Positions 55,414 through 64,000 of a DNA stretch of 64,000 nt are shown one piece after another. Below the pieces are notes generated by a model. The model worked only from the letters and a program-made list of their open reading frames with translations. It was not told the origin of the DNA and ran no database searches. The first letter of the stretch is position 1; every line of letters begins with the position of its first letter. A program made the translations under genes and the position numbers. Source of the DNA: Octopus vulgaris (taxonomy: Eukaryota); NCBI GenBank assembly GCA_951406725.2, contig OX597814.1, forward strand, positions 12,524,001 to 12,588,000, read 5' to 3'.

Positions 55414-56292
55414 CAGGGGATGATCAAAAAGTGTCCGGACTGTTGCCATAGTAACGAAGCTAAAGCCTGAAGCGTAAAGCCCCTAGAAAGTTTGACCGTA
55501 AACTCTGCTGAGCGTGCGCACTAAATGTTAACGTTCTAGCTCACTTCCACTGTTTACAGCAGTGCTTAGAAGGAAGGTGTGTAGCGTGTGATCGTCGCAT
55601 TGACCATGACCGAAAGTTGTCACGGTGATACCTGCTCAGAGGCCTATGTAATGTTGCAGAAAGTGTATGGAGGGGAGTGTATGATTCGCACACAAGTGTA
55701 CGAGTGGTTCAGACGTTTCCAAGATGGCCGAAAAATGTCGATATTGGGGGGGAAGGCGCAACCAGCAGAACTGAGAAAAATATCGCAGATGTGCGTGCAG
55801 CTGTAAGGAGAAGTCCTCGAATAACCATCCTTGGGATTTCAGATGACGTGCAGATTAGTTACGGTTCAGTTCAGTCCATTGACATTGACGATTTGGGTAT
55901 GAGACGCGTGTCTACCAAGTTTGTGCCAAAACTGTTTTCAGCTGACCAAAAAAGCACTCGGGTTTCAGCTGCACAAGATCTCCTTTATTGTGTCGAGAAC
56001 GATGAAAGCTTTTTTGAAAACTTTGTGTAGACCTCTCAGTAGATATCGCCAATCTTTTGGCAAAATTTGATGCAGATTCTCTGCTCAACTTCTGTCATGG
56101 TCAATACAACGATCACACGCTACACATTTTCTTTCCAAGCACTGCTGTAAACAGCAGAAGTAAGCCAGAACGTTAAAACTTAGTGCGCATGCACAGCAGA
56201 GTTCAAGGTCAATCTGTGCCAACCGGGTCTACTCTCTGTACTGTAGCTTCGTTACTATAGCAACTGACCGAATACTTATTGATCACACCATG
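55414..56292 (+). mobile_element. Internally deleted mariner with ~200-bp TIRs and TA target duplication
   Basis: Inverted repeats 55414-55620 and 56087-56292. Interior encodes MLQKVYG.ECM.RTQVYEWFRRF.DGR...ISYGSV.SI...LGMRRV..KFVPKL (mariner HTH and WVPHEL-like linker); no catalytic domain. Confidence 0.9.
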
Positions 56293-57028
56293 TATACATT
56301 GCCCTTGATTATATTTCCTACGCAGTGCTATCTTTTCTGATTATTTTTTATAGCTTTAGATATTTCATAATTTATCTTCAATATAAATGGTATAACCTCT
56401 GTGTCGAAATTACTTAGAGTAAAGTTTACAACAAAATGAATATAACACACAATGGGTGTCTTTAAATCACACTATAATTATTTCGGATTCAAATGGCTAT
56501 TTCAAATCAAATGCCAAAAGAAATAATACTTTAAATAAATTATATAATTTCCTGTGATCAATTCCTTTTGGTTAGGTAAATGTTGGCACACACGTTCATA
56601 GATTCAATATATCTGAATAGTTTCAGATATAGTTTCCTCCTTCTCCAAAGGACGAATTTAAATGATTAAATACAGAAGAGACACACGTACATACATGCAT
56701 ACATACGTACGTACATACATACACACATACATACATACATACATACATACATACATACATACATACATACATACATACATACATACATACATGCATGCAT
56801 CCAACTTCCATCCATACACATACATACATACATACATACATGAGAGCGGTTGTACCATTGGACCAAAATACTCCTCTGAATTTCTCGTTTTTGAAACTTT
56901 ATTCTTGCCGGCGAGTATTGTAAGTTGTTGACGTCAATTAACAAACTTCGAAAGAACGTGCACTCATTAAGCTTTGGAATTGTGGATATCTAAACAGATA
57001 ATGTTATCAATAATTTAAGTGTGTATAT

Positions 57029-57086
<58 letters not shown>

Positions 57087-57294
57087 ACGCACACACCCAC
57101 ACCCACACACACACTCATTTAGGTATATTTTTATATGTACAGGGCGCACAAAAGATCAAAACATATTTAATATATATATTACACATTTCAAAATCCATTT
57201 TTGCAAAACTGAATATATTAAACAAAATAATGTTGAATACACGCACACTTGTACATGATGGACAAAATGATTAATAGTAACAATAATAATAATT

Positions 57295-58127
57295 CTTTCT
57301 GTTATAGGCACAGAGCCTGAAATTGGACCCCAGTACTCAACTGGTACTTAATTTATTGACTCCGAAAGGATGAAATGCGAAGTCAACCTCGACGAAATTT
57401 GAACTTAGAACTCAAAGACAGACGAAATGACGCTAAACATTTTGCCCGGCGCGGTAACGATTCTGCTACTTCGACTCCTTAATAATGATAATAATAATTA
57501 TTTCTTCTTTAGGCACAAACTTTTCAAAATTTTCGGGGAAGGAGTATAGGCGATTACATCGTCCCAAGTATTTCACTGATACTTAATTTAACGACTCTGA
57601 AAGGATGAAAGGCAATATCGACCTCGGTAGAATTTGAACTCAGAACGCAGCGGCTGACGAAATACCTATCTCTTTACTACCCACAAGGGGCTAAACACAG
57701 TGGGAACGAACAAGGACAGACAAACGGATTAAGTCGATTATATCGACCCCAGTGCGTAACTGGTACTTATTTCATCGACCCCGAAAGGATGAAAGGCAAA
57801 GTCGACCTCGGCGGAATTTGAACTCAGAACGTAACGGCAGACGAAGTACGGCTACGCATTTCGCCCGGCGTGCTAACGTTTCTGCCAGCTCGACGCCTTA
57901 ATAATGATGATAATGATTTCAAATTTTGCCACAAGGTCAGTAATTTTGGGGGAGTGGTTAAGTCGATTACATCGACCCCGGTACGCAACTGCTAGGTAAC
58001 TTATCGACCTCGAAAGGGTGAAAAGCGAAGTCGACCTGTGCGGAATTTGAACTCAGAGCGTAGCAGCTGACGAAATAACTGAAACCATTTTCCCCGTCGT
58101 GCTTAGCGATTCTGCCAGCTCGCCGCC
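57295..58127 (-). mobile_element. Cluster of SINE type B copies, including a dimer with the recurrent junction (~57657-57675)
   Basis: Four Meta-like blocks; junction gacgaaatacctatctc. Confidence 0.85.
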
Positions 58128-58197
58128 TTAATCATGATAATAATGATACCGTAATATGAATAAATGTCAAACGATTTTGTGTGTGACATTTGGCCCA

Positions 58198-58262
<65 letters not shown>

Positions 58263-58264
<2 letters not shown>

Positions 58265-58665
58265 CGCAGGAGTGGCTGTGTGGTAAGTAGCTTGCTTACC
58301 AACCACATGGTTCCGGGTTCATTCCCACTGCGTGGCACCTTCGGCAACTGTCTTCTACTATAGCCTCGGGCCGACCAATCCCTTGTGAGTGGATTTGGTA
58401 GACGGAAACTCGAAGAAGCCCGTCGTATATATGTATATATATGTATGTGTGTATATGTCTGTGTGTCTGTGTTTGTCCACCCCACCATTGCTTGACAGCC
58501 GATGCTGGTGTGTTTATGTCCCCGTAACTTAGCGGTTCAGCGAAAAGAGACTGATAGAATAAGTACTAGGCTTACAAAGAATAAGTCCTGGGGTCGATTT
58601 ACTCGACTAGAAGGCGGTGCTCCAGCATGGCCGCAGTCAAATGACTGAAACAAGTAAAAGAGAGT
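58263..58665 (+). mobile_element. SINE type A
   Basis: Highly similar to 9636-10098. Confidence 0.9.
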
Positions 58666-59114
58666 AACAGATACACACACATACGCACACACACCCACAC
58701 ACACACACACACACATATACACACCTACTTGCGCTCGCACGCTCCCACCTCCCTACATAATGCTCTGTTTATTAAAGCTGAAAAGCATTATGTTTGCGAT
58801 GTGTATAATTATGATTTACTTTCAAGTCGAATGTTGCCAAGCGGAACGCTATAATAACCGTCTGCCAAATAAAATGTTCTTCTGTAATTATAATGAAACG
58901 AATTTAGATACAGTTGCTATGCGAAGGTGAAGAGAGTAATTTGTGTAACGCTAAGTAATCGCCGTCAAAATACGGGTTTATAATCATAATAGAAAGGAAA
59001 TACCACTTCGCTAATAACTATCAAGGGAAATAACTCTAGAATATAAAATTGAATACTTCCCCTTGAGAAGTGAGGGTTTTGAAAATATTTTCTGCGTGAT
59101 AAATATTGTACGTA

Positions 59115-59715
59115 GACGGCGAGCTGGCAGAAACGATAGCATGCCGAGCAATATGCGTAGCCGTATTTCGTCTGCCGTTACGTTCTGAGTTCAAATTCCG
59201 CCGAGGTCGACTTTGCCTTTCATCCTTTCGGGGTCGATAAATTAAAGTACCAGTTACGCACTGGATTCGATGTAATCGACTTAATCCGTTTGTCTGTCCT
59301 TGTTTGTCCCCTCTATATATAGCCCCTTGTGGGCAATAAAGAAATAGGTATTTCGTCTACCGTTACGTTCTGAGTTCAAATTCCGCCGAGGTCGACTTTG
59401 CCTTTCATCCTTTCGGGGTCGATAAATTAAAGTACCAGTTACCCACTGGAGTCGATGTAATCGACTTAATCCGTTTGTCTGTCCTTGTTTGTCCCCTCTA
59501 TATATAGCCCCTTGTGAGCAATAAAGAAATAGGTATTTCGTCTGCCGTTACGTTCTGAGTTCAAATTCCGCCGTGGTCGACTTTGCCTTTCATCCTTTCG
59601 GGGTCAATAAATTAAGTATCAGTTACGCACTGGAGTCGATGTAATCGACTTAATCCGGTTGTCTATCCTTGTTTGTCCCCTCTGTGTTTAGACCCCTGTG
59701 GGTAGTAATGAAATC
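59115..59715 (+). repeat. SINE type B trimer (3 x ~185 bp) with a 14-bp TSD
   Basis: Unit starts at 59163, 59348 and 59533; gataaatattgtac at 59098-59111 and 59716-59729. Confidence 0.92.
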
Positions 59716-60197
59716 GATAAATATTGTACATTTCTAGAAATATTCCCATAAATATACTCGAAAGTCTGGGCAGACACAAATATGCTCACACCCACGCACG
59801 TATTTATATGTCTTTGTCTCTGTCTGTCTGTCTCTCGCTCTCACTCCTTCTCTCTCTCTCTCATTTAAAATATACAGTTTATATACGCAGTTTAAATAAA
59901 AGTGTAGTTCGTCATGGTTGGTACGATTTTTCTCACTTTATGGTGTGATCGTCGTTAGGATTAGGGTTGAGGAATTCCAGTATGGGCCTGGAATCCGGCA
60001 GTGTTAATTGCTCAATATACGGCTGAATGCTTCTCTGGAAATACCCTAACTTTACACTCTACCAGGACAAAGACTTTTCCTCTATACTATATATATATGT
60101 ACACACACACACACACACACACGCACACACACATAGGCACATATATACAACATATAAATACACACACACAAACACCTATATATATACATACATAGAC

Positions 60198-60251
<54 letters not shown>

Positions 60252-60269
60252 ATACATACACACACACAT

Positions 60270-61150
60270 AGAGGATGTTCGGGAAATTATGGCAATCGAA
60301 GTTTCGAGCTTTAATAACTATCATTTATTATAAAAGCTTAGTGTGTCTCCTTTTGTTTCAGATTAAATAAATTCAGATTTATAAATTAGACAATGGCCTG
60401 ACACCGAAATAAAAACCCACTACAGAGGAGGTGAAAGTAATACAGCTATAGCAAAAAAACTTAGGTTAACTGAAAAACGATCTGGACAATTGTCAAGAAA
60501 TTTCAAGAGGCTAGTTCCACCGCTGATCGACTTGGACGTGGCCGAAAAGGAAGTGTACGGACCCTCAACTTAACAAAAGTACCAACGAAAAGATACGTCG
60601 AAATTCTAGACATTCCGTCGGAAAACTGGCTGCCACTGTAAAAATAAGCCGAGCATAGCTGTATCGAGTTCTGAAGGAGAGTCTCAAGCCCCCCATTTCA
60701 GAAGATGATCCGTCGTCCTGAGCTCACGCTAGTTTATAAGGCTATGAGAATGGAGAGATGTCGTCTTATCCCGCGTCAGATTGCTGAAGGTACGCTGACC
60801 AACTTGGTGTTCACTAATGAAAAGAAATTTGACATCGAACAGACAATAAACCACCAGAATGACCGACTTTGGAGTGTATCTAGTTCCTGTCGAGGGTAGA
60901 CTCGTAAATCGACGTTAAAGTCCACAGTCAGTTACAGTTTGGGCTGCCGTGACAGCCACTGGAAGGGTACCCTCGTTTTTGTGCCCTCGAGTGTTAAAAT
61001 TAAGACTCAGCGGCACATTAGCGACATTCTGGAAGCTGAACTGCTTCCTTGGGCAAATGAGTACTTCCGAGGTGTACCTCGGAGCTTCCAACAGCACTCG
61101 GCACCATCTCACAGTTCCAAACAGACACAACACTGGATTCAGAAAAAAAG
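60270..61150 (+). mobile_element. Decayed Tc1/mariner transposon, maT (DD37D)-like
   Basis: TIWTIVKKF......DR.GRGRK.SVRT, LVFTNEKKFDIEQTINHQNDRLW, PQSVTVWAAV...G..PLVFV...VKI......IL...LLPW...F.....FQQHSAPSH..KQTQHW. Confidence 0.85.
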
Positions 61151-61252
61151 CATTTCGTCATCAGGAACCATGTGGTTGAGAAGCAAGCTTCTTATCACAC
61201 AACCACTCCTTTTGAGTTAACTTTAATAAGTGATTGAATAGACACTTGTCCA

Positions 61253-61290
<38 letters not shown>

Positions 61291-61391
61291 ATATATATAT
61301 AAACACACATACATTGTATATAATGCATATATATAAAATCATTTTAGTATAATTTAACCACAAGGTTTTATAGCATGCTGGCCACTTGATA

Positions 61392-61840
<449 letters not shown>

Positions 61841-62020
61841 TGATATTATGAATGGTTGTATACTGTCAATCTAACAAGAACGTGACAGTAGGGGGTACAC
61901 CACCGCTGTATAGCCCTAGGAAGCATCGAACGCCTCCTGATAGCTTTGACACATTTTTTCCCTGTGTCCTTATATACATATACGAAGGGGAGACAAACAC
62001 CCCCGGCCGCCGGAACTGCA

Positions 62021-62066
62021 TCTAGGGACACCGTGTTTCAGGATCGTTGTCCTTCATCGGCCTAGA
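62021..62066 (-). ncRNA. Minimal hammerhead motif (U4C in this copy)
   Basis: TCTAGG [CcGATGA] AGGA-caacga-TCCT [GAAA] CAC-G-GTG [TC] CCTAGA; GUC cleavage triplet. Confidence 0.7.
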
Positions 62067-62625
62067 GTAGCAGACACCGGTCAGCTGGTGATATTTGCCT
62101 CGACTTCGTATTTGTCTATATCTATATTCAGTGAAGTCTATTCACTGATTATCAAAATAAGAATTGATATTATCATTTACATAATTTACATAATTTACAT
62201 AATTGATATTATCATTTACATAATTTTATCCTTGTTCAAATATATCTATAAAATATACTCCGGATCGGAATTGCATAGCTTTAAGGCTATTTAGGTTTTA
62301 AAAAATACGCGGCTGAAAAAAAAAGTAAAAATTTGACATAAGCGCGGAGATTTGCACATGATCAAACGAATTTGTTTCGTGGGGTTATGTATAAATATTT
62401 GTTTCTTTGAATATTGTGCTGAGGATGGGAAATAAGCTATGTTACTGCTTCAATCTCGAAATTGGACCAATACACAATTGACTGTTTAGGTTGATTTAGT
62501 ATATTTCATTTGCTCGTCTATAACCCGTATTTTTGCAGGAGCTAAAGGTGGTTTATAGCGCTTTTGGCGTATTCTTGCTTGTTGGAGCAGGGTTTTTCCT
62601 TTTCATATTTATATAATGTATATAT

Positions 62626-64000
62626 GATTGATTGATTGATTCTAGTTTCAGCTCACAAGCTGTGGCCATGCTGGAGCACCACCATTTGGCGTTGCTACAT
62701 GGTTTTACTTCATGAATGCTTTTTAGCAACTGCCATTTGGTGCATGAGAGAGTTCGATGCAGCTGCCCTCATCTGCACCTCCTGCCGTGAAGTTGGTTCA
62801 TCTGGGATACCTGACAAGAAGAGATCCAGTTTCATTTTAAAGACATCTGCATCCACCCCATGCAGGTCTCTTAGGTTCTTCGGGAGGATATTGAAGAGCT
62901 GTGGGCCTCGGAAGCCCAGGCTACCACAGTATCTTGTCCTACATCTTGATGGCAAATTTGGAGTCCTTGGCACCACGCAGTGGCGCCCAGTTCTGGCATT
63001 TGTGTAACTCTCGATGCCAAAGTTTGGGGCAAGTCCTTCCAGGATCTTCCAGATGTATATTATGGCATATCTTTCTCGCCTACGCTCCAAGGAATAGAGT
63101 TTTAATCTCTTGAGTCTTTCCCAGTAGCTTATATTCTGCACAGAGGCTATCTTCTTCGTGTACCTACGTTGGATTGCCTCAAGTTCTGTGTTCAACTTGA
63201 CACTAGATGGTGACCATAGCTGAGAGCAATAGTCAAAGTGGCTTAGGACAAGTGTCCTCCAGAGGACCATCGTGGTTTCTTGTTCTCTTGTTCTAAAGGT
63301 TCTAAGAATCCATCCGGCCAGTCGTCTACATTTCATTGCCAATTTGGCAACATGTACACGAAAGGTTGCGTCATCACTCATGTAAATACCCAGGTCACGC
63401 ACTGATTGTGCCTCTGGGATTGCAATTCCTCCGGGTCCAGTGTATTCATTGGGTATTGCATTTAGTTTTGCATAGCTTGAAACTTTTCAGCATTGAACTG
63501 CATGCTATTCTTTTCAGCCCACTTGTATATTTTGTCCAGCTCACATTACAGGCGTTTAGTGTCCTCAGGGTTCTGTATTGCCTGTGAAACTTTTGTATCA
63601 TCTGCATAACTTGTGATCGTGGCTCTCTGCGTGGCTGAGGGCATGTCTGAGAGGGCCATTATGAACAGTAGTGGTCCCAAAACAATGCCCTGCGGAACAC
63701 CGCTCACTATTTGCGTGTTAATGGAAGTGGCCCCATTGGCTACTACCACCTGACTTCTATCTTTCAGAAAGTCATGAAGCCATTCTCCCAGTTTTCAAAC
63801 TATGCTAAGATCACGCAGTTTGTGACATATCATTCCATGATCGACTTTATCAAAGGCCTTTGCAAAGTCGAGATATATCACTTCCACATTTGAGTGGTTG
63901 AGCAGTCGTTTCAGCACCCAGTCATAGTGTTGTAGGAGCTGAGTTAAGCAGCTTCTTCCTGGTCGGAAACCATGTTGGGTGTCAGGCAGCAAGTAATTTT
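62626..64000 (-). mobile_element. CR1-like LINE (RT to 3' tail), frameshifted, running off the window edge
   Basis: QHGFRPGRSCLTQL, IYLDFAKAFDKVDH, SGVPQGIVLGPLLF, YADDTK, RDLGI, DYCSQLWSP, SYWERLK.LKLYSLERRR; (AATC)n tail. Confidence 0.93.

Overview
AT-rich, microsatellite-saturated eukaryotic (metazoan) DNA with no recognisable intact host gene, rRNA, true tRNA gene or prokaryotic feature. The SINE families and repeat landscape suggest an octopus (coleoid cephalopod) intergenic or intronic region; this is an inference. Nearly all long ORFs in the track are microsatellite translation artefacts. The real content is transposable elements: three abundant tRNA-derived SINE types, 5'-truncated LINEs (R4/Dong, a second R4-like family, Tx1/L1, CR1-like, RTE), Penelope-like element (PLE) fragments, two non-autonomous Helitrons, and decayed MULE, Tigger/pogo, mariner and maT-like DNA transposons. 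The most interesting hidden structure is about ten minimal type-I hammerhead ribozyme motifs in short, often fold-back, PLE-derived inserts. These include families with compensated G3-C8 and U3-A8 catalytic cores, and one element joining a tRNA-like Pol III head to a hammerhead and a PLE-style inverted tail. Also notable: SINE multimers that share one exact junction at the anticodon-loop boundary in four loci, a LINE/SINE pair with a covarying 3' hairpin, and partitioning of microsatellite types among retroelement clades. Coordinates were read by eye and may be off by a few bases.
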